Positions 13,128 to 26,768 of a stretch of 64,000 nucleotides of DNA are shown here, piece by piece; position 1 is the first letter of the stretch, and each line of letters begins with the position of its first letter. This stretch comes from Isurus oxyrinchus (taxonomy: Eukaryota). The position numbers were made by a program, and so were the translations under genes. The notes under the pieces were generated by a model. That model worked only from the letters and a program-made list of their open reading frames with translations, was not told where the DNA came from and did no database searches. The DNA is taken from the NCBI GenBank assembly GCA_026770705.1, contig JANJGN010000041.1, forward strand, positions 1,488,001-1,552,000. The letters are read 5' to 3'.

Positions 13128-13175
13128 CTCAAGTTCTTTTGAAGGGTCATGAGGACTCGAAACGTCAAGTCTTTT
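13128..13175 (+). ncRNA. Degenerate minimal type I hammerhead-ribozyme-like motif in the PLE tail
   Basis: cttttga-a-gggtc(atgag)gactc-gaaa-cgtc: stem II pairs, GAAA box and palindromic ACGT are present, but the CUGANGA box is mutated. PLE pLTRs are known to carry minimal hammerheads. Confidence 0.5.
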
Positions 13176-15199
13176 CTTCTCCGCCGATGCTGCCAGACCT
13201 GCTGAGTTTTTCCAGGTAATTCTGTTTTTGTTTTGGATTTCCAGCATCTGCAGTTTTTTTTTTTTATTTTCATCTCTATCTACTCATCCCATTGTTTTGA
13301 GAATGAGCATTTGACACTCCCTAATTTGTGCCTCTCGAATCTGACCGGAGATGTCAGTCAGAAAGCTATTCTGCACCATTGTCAGAGCCATGTCATCCTA
13401 TCCTATAGCATCACCACCAGAACGGCAAACAATTTTCGACAGCGAGCCGATTACCTACTTTCAATAATAATTCAGGCTAGTGTTATTTACCATGCATTAA
13501 AATGCAGGAATTAATTTAGTAAATGTGTGCATCAAGTTGTTACATATCTGGTCGCTACAAAATAGTTCAGTGAGATTCACTCAGAAAAAACTATTCTTCA
13601 AAATTCAAAAGGACCTTTACTAAGTAAACAACATAAATCATAATGCAACGGTGATTACCTGAGGCTCACGTCAATTTAGCTTGACTTGTACAAGTCATTT
13701 AATTGAATCAGTAATCTGTATAAATGTCTGAACTTAATCTTCTGCATAATAATGCAGCATTGAATAACTTTGTTAATTCCCTGAAAGTTTCCTGCATTTT
13801 GAAAAAAAAAGGAGATATGCCTTTTAACAAATAAGGCTAAGATTCATGGGTTTTATGAGCCTGCCCAATCTGAAATGAATTCAAACATGGGTCTGCTCGG
13901 AGTTAGGTCTGTATCGTCAGGTAATTGGCAATTTGTAATTTCACTTTTCTGAACATCTATTAGCCTACAAAATCAAATCAATGTGCCCATCATGGTCAAT
14001 CATTATCCCGATCTTCTGCACTTGGCTACCAACAAAAAACAATTTTCACCTTCGCATTTCAAATTACTTTGCAGAGGTGTTGTGCATGAGATGCAAGCGA
14101 CTCTCTTCTGCCCTCTCGGGAACAAAGTGATTTCTTTTGCAGCCAATCAAATAATGGCAACTCTGTACTGCTAACTGGGAAGCAAAACGTTAGTTATGTC
14201 CTCACTAGAATCACATCTTCGAATTGCTCATTCACTATGCTTTGCATGAAATGTGCCACTATGGCCAATAAATATTATCCACTCAATCTGATAGCAAAGG
14301 CACCGTTGCCAGTCAGCCATTACACAGCCCTCTTGATCAGGACTGCCTACACCCCTTATACATAGCAATTCACCTGAAATATTCCTGCACAATGCTAAGC
14401 CAGCATATCAAACTTAGATTACTCAGTCTAACTTAAAGCATATGATTGATCAGATCTCATCTCCGAATAAAACTTCTCCCTGGGAACCTGCATAAGAATG
14501 TCACCTAGAACTGATTGCCATTGTACCGCCACTGTGATAATTCCTGTGTAAACTTGCATTCGGCCTCATCTATGCTGGTCTTTTATGTAGCTCAGTGACC
14601 ATTTACTGGTCCTGTGTCTTTACTATTCCATGTTTACTCTCACAAGCATTCAGAGTTTGTTCTTGCAACTGGGCAATATCTTACCTTCAAACTGTAAGTC
14701 CTGTAGCACAATAATCCTTCCCAGTACTTATTCACACCTATAGACCACCCAGCAAACAGTGCACCACTACCTATTCCAGAGTATAGCTCTACTTGGAGCA
14801 GATTCTGTTTTGCGCATTCATTTCTCACGTCACATTGTACCAACAAACATGAATTGACTCATTACACCTCCTCCTTACCTTTTAATATTCACGTAGCCCA
14901 TTTGTTTGTGTGTATTAAATTTTTACAGGTCACATTCGCCCTCAGCAATCTCAGTCATTACTATACAATTGTTGTCCATTTTATGTTGAAGGTGTTCCTT
15001 TCAAAAGACGGATTATCAAGTTATGTTTTTCTTCCCTATCCACTTTCACTCGATCCAGTTTACATTTAGAACATGTACACCTCAAAAAGCAGACTGTGCA
15101 TATTTGGGTCACATGAACGATCTTTGCAGCAACAGGAAGAATATTAATCATGCTCATCTGTGTCATCTATCCCCTGCTCTCTCTATCCCTCTCTTACAG

Positions 15200-16105
15200 T
15201 TAATCTTGTTTCGATTGTGATTCTTTCCCGGGGAAAGTGTGGCCTTTCCAAATGTATTACCCATTACATGATTGCCATGACTGTGGCAGATCTTCTCGTT
15301 GTTTGTGCAGAAGTCATACTGAAGAACATGTTGGATATTTATTTCCCTGTTTCATTCTTCACCATGAGCACGGTGTGCCATCTAACTGTGACTCTGAATT
15401 ATGTAGTCACATCAGCCTCTCTCTGGTTCACAGTGGTGTTCACCTTCGATCCTTTTGTGGTCATATGTTGTAAGAAGCTGCGAAAAAAATGTTGCTCGGA
15501 GATAACGGTGGTAGCTGTCATATCAGTTGTGAGTGTGTTCAGTTGTTTGATAAACATTCCCTGGTACTGTGCATTTGAAACTGCGTATACAATGGACAAT
15601 GTAAATCGTGGTTGTGTCCTAAAACAGACATTTTTCATTTCTGCTGAATGGGCCGTATTTGACATGTTGACCATTACCTTGACCCCATGTGTTCCATTCA
15701 TTCTAATTTTGTTGCTAAATGATTTGACGGCAAGATGTATTTTGGCGGCCATTAAAGTTTACAGGAGTCTCCGCGGTTGCAGCAGTGGGGAACAACAAAA
15801 GGATTCTGAAATAGAAATCCGAAGAACGTCCATTATTTTACTCTTCAGTATAATTGGCAGCTTCATATTGCTCTGGACAACTCCAATTATATACATTATC
15901 ACTCTGCGTGTAACCATCACATCGAATGTTGGTGCAAATGAGCTTGAGTCAGTTGGACCCTTGCTTGGGATCCTCAGTTTGCTGTACAAATACATTCATT
16001 TATGTCCTGACACAGGCTAAGTTTAGGGAGGAGCTGAAGAACGGAATGCAGTACCTTTTGAAACTGTGCGTAAAAATAGGCAAATTACACCTGAGAACTC
16101 ATTGA
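15200..16105 (+). pseudogene. Exon 2 of GPR139/GPR142-like GPCR copy C1; probable recent pseudogene
   Basis: Acceptor ctctcttacag at 15199; TM1-TM7 are collinear with 60144-61042. DRF is changed to DPF (15448-15456). An extra T at 15978-15980 shifts TM7, giving TAA at 16018-16020; the ancestral TGA is at 16103-16105. Confidence 0.88.
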
Positions 16106-17455
16106 CCTTTACAGGAAGACCGAAACGTTGTGCCCTGAAAGAACTCATGTTACCAAAGTGCTTGTAAATGCGGTTAAGCACTCTGGATAATATTATATCC
16201 TTCTGAAAATGCTCATTTACAATATAATGTCAAATTGAACTGATTTTCACAGTATAGTGTAATCAATGATGAATTGTAAGGTGTGATAACAATAATAATA
16301 AATAATAATAAAATTACTGAACAGTCCCTGTTAGTGTTGAAGAGTTTGAAAGGGTGAAATGTGATGCCATGTTCCAACAATGTTGTGTTCAATGGAACAG
16401 TTGTTCTGGTCAATATGAGAACACCCAAAACTTCACCAGCTGGATCACGATAACTCCACAAATGTAACATAGACAAACTTCACAAAATTTCCTGCAACGT
16501 TTATTCTGGGCCAAATAGTACGCAGGGGGAGTTTTCAGGACTAGTTTCATGAAGTCTGGCACCCTGCAAATATCGAAAAGTTGCACAATGAGCTGCTTCA
16601 CAGAATTCCATTTACCTCACATGAATAAATGAAGGAAGGCCTGGTCATCAAGTGTTTTGTGAAAAGACGGGCAATGGCGCAATTGGTCAATCATTCCCAT
16701 GATCCATCAGGCTGAGAGACGGCTCCATATATTGGATTCAAATCTTTTAAGACTGATTTCCTTCCGATTTTTTTGAAAGCACAAATAGCTCATACTTGTT
16801 TTTTTCACTGTTAATGGGCTACTTCCTCCCCACAAGCTGATTCACAACACTCTCTGTTTCATGTTAACTGGTCCATCCACACACACAGCTACCAAATTAC
16901 TGTTATGATAAATCGGGACTCTTTTAATATGTTTAACTTAATATCCACTCATCAGTATATCGAGTGACACTTCAACCAGATATCAGCACGAATTCCCGCC
17001 AAGTATCGTTTGATCAACCAGTGCCTGACCTCAGCTTCCTTCTTTGTGTATCTCTGCATATTGAATGTGGAAAAAGTCATGAAATTCTTCTCGTCGCATT
17101 ATCCTATCATTTAGTTATCATAAATGCCGTTTTTAGAATTCAACCATAGACGGGCTACAGCACAGAAGCAGACCATTTGGTCTGTCCTTTCCTTATTGTC
17201 TCTCTTAAGAAAGATGCAGCCTGCAGCCACTCATCCGGCTTCTCCCTGCTCTCTGGGTCATTCGATTTTCACAGATATTAATCCAAAATTGTCTTGATCA
17301 TTCTTAATTAACCTCCCCAATCACCCGGTAAAATGATTGACCATGACAACTGCCAGTTTAAGCGGTGTTAAATAGACAACTACGACCACTGTCCTTGATT
17401 AAATGAAAATTAAAAACAAGAATGATTCCGTCATGGCATGAGCGGAATGTCAACA

Positions 17456-19950
17456 ACAATAGAACAAAAGAACACATGGGTGTTAAAGTTGGTGATATTA
17501 TCTAAACGAATGTGCTAATTAAGAATGGATGGTAGGGCACTCAAGGTACAGCTCTAGTGGGGGTAGAGGGAGCATAGAAAAATTTAAAATATTTAAAAAT
17601 AAAGGAAATAGGTGGGAAAAGAAAAATCTATATATCTTATTCCAAAAAAAAGGAAGGCGGAAACTGAAAAGGGGTGGGGATGGAGGAGTGAGCTCACGAC
17701 CTAAAGTTGTTGAATTCAATATTCAGTCCGGAAGGCTGTAAACTAACTAGTTGGAAGATGAGCTGTTGTTCCTCCAGTTTGCGTTGGGCTTCACAGGAAC
17801 AATGCAGCAAGCCAAGGACAGACATGTGGGCAAGAGAGCAGGGTGGACTGTTGAAATGGCAAGCGACAGGGAGATTTGCGTCATTCTTGCGGACAGACCG
17901 CAGGTGTTCTGCAAAGCGGTCGCACAGTTTACGTTTGTCTCTCCAACGTAGAGGAGAACACATTGGGAGCAACGAATGCAGTAGACTAAGTTGAGGGAAA
18001 TGCAAGTGAAATGTTGCTTCACTTGAAAGGAGTGTTTGGGCCCTTGGATGGTGAGGAGAGAGGAAGTAAAGGGGCAGGTGTTGCATCTTTTGCGTAGGCA
18101 TGGGGTGGTGCCATAGGAGGGGTTGAGGAGTAGGGGGTCATGGAGGAGTGGACCAAGGTGTCCCGGAGGGAGCGATCCCTATGGAATGCCGATAGAGGGG
18201 GAGAAGGAAAATTTTGTTTGTTGGTGGCATCATGCTGGAGTTTGCATAAATGGCGGAGGATGATCCTTTGAATGCGGAGGCTGGTGGGGTGATAAGTGAG
18301 GACAAGGGGGACCCTATCATGTTTCTGGGACGGAGGAGTAGGGTTGAGGGCAGATGCGCGGGAGATGGGCCGGACACGGTTGAGGGCCCTGTCAACGACC
18401 GTGGTTGGAAAACCTTAGTTAAGGAAGAAGGAGCTCATGTCAGAGGATCTGTTTTTGATGGTAGCATCATCGGAACAGATGCAACGGAGTCGAAGGAACT
18501 GATAGAATGGCATGGAATCCTTACAGTAAGTGGGGTGTGAGGAGCTGTAGTCGAAGTAGCTGTGCGAGTCGTGGGTTTGTAATGGATATTGTTGGACAGT
18601 CTAACACCAGCGATTGAGACAGAGAGGTCAAGGAAGGGAAGGGAAGTGTCAGAGATGGACCACGTGAAAATGATGGAGGGGTGGAGATTGGAAGCAAAAT
18701 TAATTAATTTTTCGAAGCCCCGACGGGAGCATGAAGCAGCACCGAAGTAATCATCGATGTACCAGAGAAAGAGTTGTGGAAGGGGGCCGGAGTAGGACTG
18801 GAACAAGGAATGTTCCACATACCCCCATAAAGAGACAGGCTTAGCTGGGGCCCATGTGGGTACCCATAGCCACACCTTTTATTTGGAGGACGTGAAAGGT
18901 GTTGAAGGAGAAATTGTTCACCGTGAGAACAAGTTCAGCCAGACGGAGGAGAATAGTGGTGGATGGGGATTGTTCGGGCCTCTGTTCGAGGAAGAAGCTA
19001 AGGGCCCTCAGACCATCCTGGTGGGTGATGGAGGTGTATAGGGATTGGACGTCCATGGTGAAGAGGAAGCTGTTGGGGCCAGGGAACTGGAATTTGTTGA
19101 TGTGACGTAAGGTGTCAGAGGAATCACGGATGTTGGTGGGAAGGAACTGGACAAGGGGAGAGAGAAGGGACTCAAGATAACGAGAAATGAGTTCTGTGGG
19201 GCAGGAGCAAGCTGAGATGTTTGGTCTACCGGGACAGTTCTGTTTGTGGAATTTGGATAGGAGATAGATGTGGGCCGTCCTAGGATGGGCGACTATCAGG
19301 TTGGAAGCTGTGGGAGGAAGAACTCCAGAGGAGATGAGGTCAGTGACAGTCCTGCAAACAATGGCTTGATGTTCAGTGGTGGGGTCATGGTCCAGGGAGA
19401 GGTAGGAGGAAGTGTCTACGAGTTGACGCTCAGCCTCCATGAGGTAGGGTTCAGTGCGCCAGACAACAACAGCACCACACTTGTCAGCGGGTTTGATGAC
19501 AATGTCAGGATTGGACCTGAGAGAATGGAGTGCAGTAAGTTCACAGGTTAGAATGGGTGAGAGCAACAGAGTAATTGAGACAACTAATGTTGCGCCGACA
19601 GTTCTCACTGAAATTATCAAGAGAAGGTAAGAATCCAGTGGGAGTGGTCCAGTTGGAGGGAAAATATTGGAGATGAGTAAAAGGATCCGTTGAACTGGGT
19701 GAGGACTCCTGCCCAAAGAAGTGAGCCGGAGAGAAAGACCCCAGAAGAAGAGTTCAGCATCATGCCGAGCCCGAAATTCATTGAAGTCAGGGCGTAAGGG
19801 TATGAAACTAAGTCCTTTACTAAGCACTGAACTTTCAGCATCGGAGAGGGGAAGGTCAGGGGGTATAATGAATACACGGCTGGGGCTGGGATTGGAAGAT
19901 GGGGTGGGGACGGAGGGAGAGGCAGCGGTGGAGGGTGCTAGATGGGTGAC
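17456..19950 (-). mobile_element. Second Penelope-like element (Neptune type), RT + GIY-YIG, several frameshifts, tail truncated
   Basis: Minus ORFs: PADKCGAVVV, MDVQSLYTSI, GVAMGTHMGP, YIDD, LVYCIRCSQCVLLYVGET, RFAEHLRSV. Roughly 85-90% identical to 10463-12930. Confidence 0.93.
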
Positions 19951-20124
19951 TTTTAGCCTGTCATCACCGATGAACATACAGAATATTTCCAAGTAAAGCT
20001 AAGCATCCAAGCGACTTGTGAAACAGGTGAGCGAGAAGAAATAATTAGTTTTAGTGAGAAAGGTAATACTTGATAGATGAACTGGATTGAAGGTTAAATA
20101 ATTCAGTGGACTAGAATTGCTTCA

Positions 20125-20335
20125 TCTCAGCAGTGCTGAAGGATGGAACTGGAGAAGCATTGGTTGCATTAGTTGTTTTCTTTCAAAATTATTTAGCTTC
20201 TGGAAAGTCTCCAGCGGAACGCAATGTATCAGAAGTTGCATCACTATATAAGAATGGAAGAAGAGGGATGGAGGAGAACTGCAGACATGTTAGTTTGACA
20301 TAAGTGGTATAGAAAATGGCATAATCTATTGGTAC
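20125..20335 (+). mobile_element. CR1 LINE ORF2 fragment (start of RT)
   Basis: Decayed equivalent of VLKE....ALV.IFQN.L.SG.VP..W..A.V..L.K.G.R....N.R.VSLTSVV. Confidence 0.6.
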
Positions 20336-20639
20336 GGATGCAGTACCTGGATAATGAGTAAAGAATGGTAAAATTTTGCAGAGTTAACAAGGGCATAAGA
20401 AAGGGGAATCATGTTAGAAAGACAATTAAACAACTCACAGCATAAGGATGCTCCACACATATCGACAGTTCCAATGTTGCGGGGGCCCTGCACATCTGGG
20501 GAAATTGAAAAGCTGAAGCACCCGCAAAGATCTTTCTCTGGATGTGCCGAGAGGATGAGCCATCTTTGCCTCCACCGCAGTTTCCCAACATCACAGATGA
20601 CTATCTTCACCCAACTGTCTACACTCTCCGAGATATCAG

Positions 20640-22150
20640 GGAGCCACTGAAACTCTGGACACTGAAAGATGATGGGCACCGAGAATATCCCGGCAACTCT
20701 ACTGAAGGCATGTGAACCCGATAGCAACCTCTGCCATATTCATGCTGCTCCAGTACAGATTCAACACTGACATCTACACAAACATGCGGAAAATCGCCCA
20801 GGGACGTGATACACAAAAACGCAGCACAAACACAACCCCTTCATTAATAGTCGCATCAGCTTCCATTTCATGATCAGCAAAGTAATGGAAGGGTTCAACA
20901 AGCAGCATCTGATCAGCAGTACTCTGCTCACTGAGGCTTAGTTTGTATTCCACAAGGTTTACAATGTTCCCAATAGCATCACGGCCATGGTCCAAACATG
21001 GAGACAGAAGCTGAACTCCAGGTGCGACGTGACAAACACCGCACTTAATAACAAGGCAGCATGTGTTCCAATGTGGAACCAACGCGCCCTCAAATAACTG
21101 AAGTCAATGCCAATCAGCAGGAAAACTCTCCGTCAGATGCAGTCATATCTGGCATAAATGAATATGGCTGTGGTAGGTGCAGGTCATTCATTTCAATTCA
21201 AGGCTGTCACTGCAGGAGATGCGTGGGATTGTGCCTAGTCCTCAGCACCTTAAGCTGCTGCATCTATTACTTTTCTTGCACCATTAGCTCAGAAGTGGGG
21301 ATGTTTGATGATGATTCCTCAATGTACAGAATATTTGCAACTCCTCAAATACTGAGCCACCCACGCACAAATATAGTAATGTCTGGACATTTTCCAGGAT
21401 TGTGGAGAGAAATGTCAAGTAAGGTTCACTTCACATAACTACGAAGCCATTTTGATCTCCAACAATAACTTAACCATAGTCCTTGGCGTTCAATATTTTT
21501 TTTTTCCGAAACCACAGCTATCAGCATCTTAGGAACAACCGTTGACCAGTAACTGAATATGCCTAAGCATACAAATAATTTGGCGAAAAGAGCAGGCCTG
21601 AGGCAAGGTAATCTGCAGCGAGAAAATCACGAGCTGACTCTCAATTGCTTGGGCACCATCTAAAATTCCACAGTCAGGAGTTCCCGGATCAATGCTGCTC
21701 CAACAGTCCACAGAAACGTCAGAACCATCCACCACAAAGCTTTATTGGCAGCCTTTCAATAAGCGCGTGCTCCTTCCACTACTGACGAAGTGTGACAGCA
21801 GTGCGCACCAGCTAGAACACTTCCCTCAGGAACGGATCACTCTACGTTCGACAGAACATTCCAAATCCAGAACAGCTGCCATCTAGAAGGACAAGAACAG
21901 CCGCCACGTGGCAACAGCAGCACTTGCAAGTTTTCATCCACGCCACTCACTGCACTGGCTTGGGGTTTCACCGTTCCTTCATTGTTGCTGGGTCAGACCC
22001 TCGTGCTACCCCTCTAAATGAACAGTGGATTTATCTGCACTACATGCAAAGCCATGGCTCAAGAATGTAGCTCGCCACCACCATCTCAAGGGCAATTAAG
22101 ACGGGCAGTAAATTGCAGCCCAGACAGCGATGCCAACATCCTGTAAAATA
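20640..22150 (+). mobile_element. Decayed CR1-group LINE (second family), RT through 3' tail
   Basis: Fragments resembling LDT.K.MGP.NIPA.LLK.C and YNT.IY..MWKIAQ; EVGMFDDDSSM (decayed FADD) at about 21290; 3' tail at 22070-22145. Confidence 0.7.
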
Positions 22151-22399
22151 ATATTAAAAATATAGACATGTTAAGAAGGTGAGTATTTTTCCAACTTTTC
22201 GTCACTGTGTGGAATTCTGGTAGTAAACAATGAATGAAATGTTATTGAATTTATTCAATCTAGAATTAGAAAGGTTTTTAGTAGACTAGGGAGTTATGAG
22301 TAATGGCCCATGTCGGAAATTGGAGTACAGAGAGCCTGCAGGTGAGTTATGGACTTAATGAATAGTGGAGCCAGATAGAAGTACCGATTGACCTACTGC

Positions 22400-22790
22400 A
22401 GCCGCTAAGCGCTATATTCAAAACCCACTTTATCCCTAATTGTAAACAATATACATATTTATTTACTCCTGTACTCCAATCCACTTACAAATAATGTCAA
22501 TGTGCCATCTGCCTTCTTAATTGATTTATTTACACGCAAGCCCTCGCGTTTCACACTTTTTAAATATTATACTCTGCTTTTGTTACATAAGGGCAGAAGT
22601 CAATTACTTCAAACTTCGAAACATGATACTTCATCTATCATCATATTGACAGCTTAATTCATCATTCTGTATCACTCTGCAACCTTTCTGTTCTCCCCCT
22701 CAGCTTAACTTTCTGCATAAGTCTATATTATCAGCAAAGGTAGGTACATAATTATTTGTCTCTACTCTTGTGTCATTAAGATTGATTTTA
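22400..22790 (-). mobile_element. CR1-like RT fragment
   Basis: The reverse complement reads ...aaattatgtacctacctttgctgataatatagacttatgc (FADN, a decayed FADD). Confidence 0.45.
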
Positions 22791-23299
22791 AGACCCATTC
22801 AGCATCTTTCAGCCTTTTACACAGGAGCCACAGGAAAAGGTCATTCTGAGCATTGGGCATTTTAGAATTCGAATGGAGTATGTATTCAAGCAAGTTTCGT
22901 TGAAATAGTAGAAGGCTATTCAGTCCTCCTTGTGTTTGTTACAGACAGGCAGCCTCTGTCGATCCTATTACACAGGGAAAGGGGGAAACACAATTCATTG
23001 TATTTTCGACCCTGTAAGACAGGAGCAGGGGGATGAAATTTGGCACCCACAGCCTGTTGCTGTGGAACTCTGGCGAAAGACTCTAAGGGAGCAATAATCA
23101 CATCGTTGGAAAGCTCAACATAGGCCCTAATTGATTCAACAAGTTTGGAAAATTATGCTTCTCTTGTAGAATTGTATATGTTGCGGCATATCGATGTTAA
23201 TGATTTCTTTGCTGTTGTTGGTTTTCATGGCACGACAGTAAACAAGTGGAAGCTGTGATGGGTGACCGCAAGGAAGAGGGGTACCCTTGGCGGTGAAAT

Positions 23300-25650
23300 G
23301 AAGTTGTTAGATGATAACAGGTGTGTCAGCAAGCACTCCCCAATATCGGTTTGGGTAACTATAATTAATGACAAGATTCTCAAGAAGAAATGTGAGGCAT
23401 GTATGTTCCAGAAACTGGAAATGGGTGATTTCAGTTTACATTTAAACTAGAAAAATCAGGGTGGTAGTAGAAGGATGAGTGAATAATACATAGAATGCCA
23501 CCGAGGTATACATATATTTAGCAGTGCATACTGGAAATATTATATTATCATAGATTTGGTATTATGTATTTAAAAATCATTAATTCAAGGCCTCAGAGTA
23601 AAGGGACTCCTCGGTACCAGCGAGCGCAATATTCTTGAAATTTACCTCCAGTTTCAGCTGTAGAAGGGTGTGCCTAAGACAAGTATTTTAAGCTTAAATA
23701 TCAGCATCTATGTGGGCAGGAAATCTGAGCGAGCTGAAGCGAATATTAGGCGAGGGGATAGATCAAAGGAGAAGTAGTGGCTGACAGTTAAACAGGCATT
23801 TCAGAAGACTCAGAGTAGGTATATCTCTGCAATAAAGGAAGATTATTAAGGGAAACCCAACATCCGCGGATAACTAAAAAAGTTAGGGAAATCATCGAGC
23901 TAAAGGAAAAAGCAATAGACCATGCAAAGTTTGCTGCCAGGCCAGATGATTAGCCAGATTAAAAGGAACATCAAGGAATGACTAAAGGATTATCATGAAT
24001 AAGAAATAAGATTCTGAAGGGAAACCAGCTGGAAATGTAAAACGGATAGAAACCGTTTTAACAAGTTTTTTCGAAAGGAAAAGAGTTAGTAAAGAGAGTG
24101 ATATTGCCCTTCTGAATTAAAAGAGGGAGTTAATATTAGATAATAAGGAAATGGCGGAAAAAATGAAGGCATAATTTGCCTCTGTATTCAGCACACAAGT
24201 AACACAAACGTTCCACTATTAGCTTTAAAGCAAGAGAGGAAGGGCAGAGGGAAACTTGGTGAAATTGCAATCACTAGGAAAAAAGATCGTGAACAAACTG
24301 ATGGTGCTGCAGGCAGACACGTTTCAGGGTCCTCAGGAACATCATAATCGGATCTTAACAGAGGTGGCTATCGGAGAAGTAGAGCGTTGGTGTTAAAATT
24401 CCAATTTTACATAGTTTCTGGAAACATTCCATTCCAAAGTGAGCACGAAAAAAAAACTCACTATTCAGGAAGGAAGGACTATGGAAAACAAGAAACTCTA
24501 GGCCAGTGAGCTTGACATCTGCTATGGGGACGGTGTCGGAAACGATCAGGTGGGAGTTCAATGCTGGACACTGAGATAATCAAGATAATCAGAAAGATTA
24601 TCCATGCTATTGTGAAACGGAAATGTTGTTTAACAATTTAATTGGGTTTTCTTGAATGATTAAGGTGCGTTTTGGTAAAGGGTTGTTTTTGCATGTGCTG
24701 TATTTGGATTCTCGGAAGGCATTTGATAAATTTCCGCATCAAAGTTTACTTCAGATGAAAAATGCTCATGACTTTTGAGGTAACTTTTTAGCATGGATAG
24801 AGGATTGGTTAGCTTTCAGATAACAGCGACAATGGAGCATAATCTGGGAAAATTCACTTTTGCAGGGACAATGAAAAAAAAACTGGGTGATACTTAACCT
24901 GCGAAAGGCTGCAGCATTCCGAGCTGCAGAGGGATCAAGTTGGTCGATCGCATGAGTCGGATAAATTGGCCATGCAGGTAATGCATGTCATTCAGAAGTG
25001 TAATGAAATGCTATGCACATTTTTGAGGGGAATTGAACACAAACGAACGGCTGTTATGCTTCACGTAAACAGATCATTGGTGAAATCTGGAATATTGTGT
25101 GTGGTTTTGATTTCCATATTTATGGAAGGAGGTGAATGCTTGCAGGTTCTTCAGAGAAGGCTCACTAGGTTTTCACCTGTAATGAATGTGATGCCTTGTG
25201 AGGAAAGGTTAGGAATATCGGACTTGCTTGCACAACATTTTACAAGAGGGAGGGGTGAAATAATTGAAGTGTACGTGAACCTGAAAGCTTTTGACAAAGC
25301 GGTGGGAAACCATCTTTCATGTTTTGGGTATGCCCTGAATTAGGAGGCGTCTATTTTTAAAAAAATGGTGTCCCGTTTTAGGACAGAGTTTATGAATTTG
25401 TGTTTTTCTTTGTTTGTTTTTCCTCGAGGTTTATCTCAATTTTTAACTCCCTGCCGTGGAATGCGGTGGAGGCTCGAACACTGAATACTGTGACGTTAGA
25501 GGTCAATACATTTTAGCAATGAAAATGAATCAAAGGAATGGGGTTGGTGGGGATTTTGGAAGTCGAAAGAGACAGATTATCGATGAACTTATTGAAAGGT
25601 GGAGAGGGATTGATGGGACAAATGGCGTACATCTGCTCATAACTTCAATC
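23300..25650 (+). mobile_element. Decayed CR1 LINE ORF2 (endonuclease end, RT, 3' end) with internal deletion
   Basis: NSRPVSLTSA at about 24495, YLDSRKAFDKFPHQSL at about 24700, RGIEHKR..VMLHVNRSLV and LQVLQRRLTR in ORF 24966-25343. Confidence 0.75.
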
Positions 25651-26768
25651 TTGACATGCTCGTAATCGTGATGACAAGGACATATTTGATCACAAGAATA
25701 TAAACTTTCAATTTAACTTTTTTGCCAGAGCGAAAGTGGTCAGGGAGCACAAGGGGTTGTATGAATGAGGTTTCGTCAAAGTTCAGTTATAGGCAGCAGA
25801 GTTCTAGTAGTGTTTTGATCACACAGATTTGTAACTTGGTGTTGCCAGGAAAAAAATTAGAAAGATTGAGCCTGGATTTCCTAAAAGGACAGGTGAGGCC
25901 TTAAGCAGCAGATGATCTGGAGTAGATGTTCTGATATAATGTTGGGGATCGAGTGAAAAAGTATTGGGTGAGTGTGATGATATGGAGGTGCATATCAATC
26001 AGGGTCAAGTAGTTGGCAGAGGTTCTGATCTGTCTGGCTCAGCATCAGATATTGGCAAGGCACTGGTTCAGGAACCGTTACTGCTGGGAAATGAGGAAAA
26101 TGCCCGCCATCTTCGCAATATTGAGCATCACGGACGGTAGTGCCATGAAACATGGATTTCAGGCAGAGCATCTCGATGTTATGCTTTCACAGGATGTACG
26201 CCAAAGCAATGATGGAAAAGTGAGCTTACAAGATCATCGGAAAGTTAAGAATGCATTGTCGAGTTAATAACTGAATGCGGAGATTCACAAAAAAAAGTCA
26301 AAACAGGGCAGATTAAATGGCAACAAGAGTACAGAGTGAAAGATCATTCATACAATTACTCACTGAATAGAGTGTCTTACTGGGGCACAAACAATAGCCA
26401 CCTTAAGTAAGAAACATACTATAACACTCTTCCGAAATTGATCCGTTTGGCTTAGTTATCGACTAATCACCTGCAGAAATAACTTTGAAAATGTAAGATA
26501 ATTCGCTGTGCCTTGTTTGTACATTCAACTCTACTATTCCCAGATTTACAGAATTGTGTTAACACTCGAAGCATTTAATCTGATTCACATCCAGTTTTGC
26601 AACATTCAAATCGACTGTTCTCTGATTCAAATCCATCGTTGTAACTCAGGATCTATTGTTAACAGATTCAGATCTGTGCAGGCAAACTGGGTAAATGTTG
26701 CTAAAAAGTGAATATCCAACGAGAAAGTGGAATCTCATTGGCACCAATGGAATGCTGCGGCAGGCCTG

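Larger units (their letters stand above)
10437..13255 (+). mobile_element. Penelope-like retroelement (Neptune type), RT + GIY-YIG endonuclease + pLTR-like tail; 5'-truncated, in the intron of GPCR C1
   Basis: PADKGGAVVV, PGRPIVS, LDIQTLYTSIP, GVAMGTRMGP and YIDD motifs; Cys linker PCLRKRCNTC; CIRCSQCGLLYIGETKR...RFAEH (GIY-YIG). Lesions: TAG at 10703, frameshift near 12220, small deletion at about 12705. Confidence 0.93.
1..17455 (+). repeat. Segmental duplication unit 1 (paralog of about 36767-62365)
   Basis: Collinear blocks: 1-2325 with 36767-39088, 4960-10203 with 40655-46375, 13280-17455 with 58222-62365. Example: tcgctttactgatgaacatgaa at about 727 and 37507. Roughly 75-85% identity by eye. 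Confidence 0.95.
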
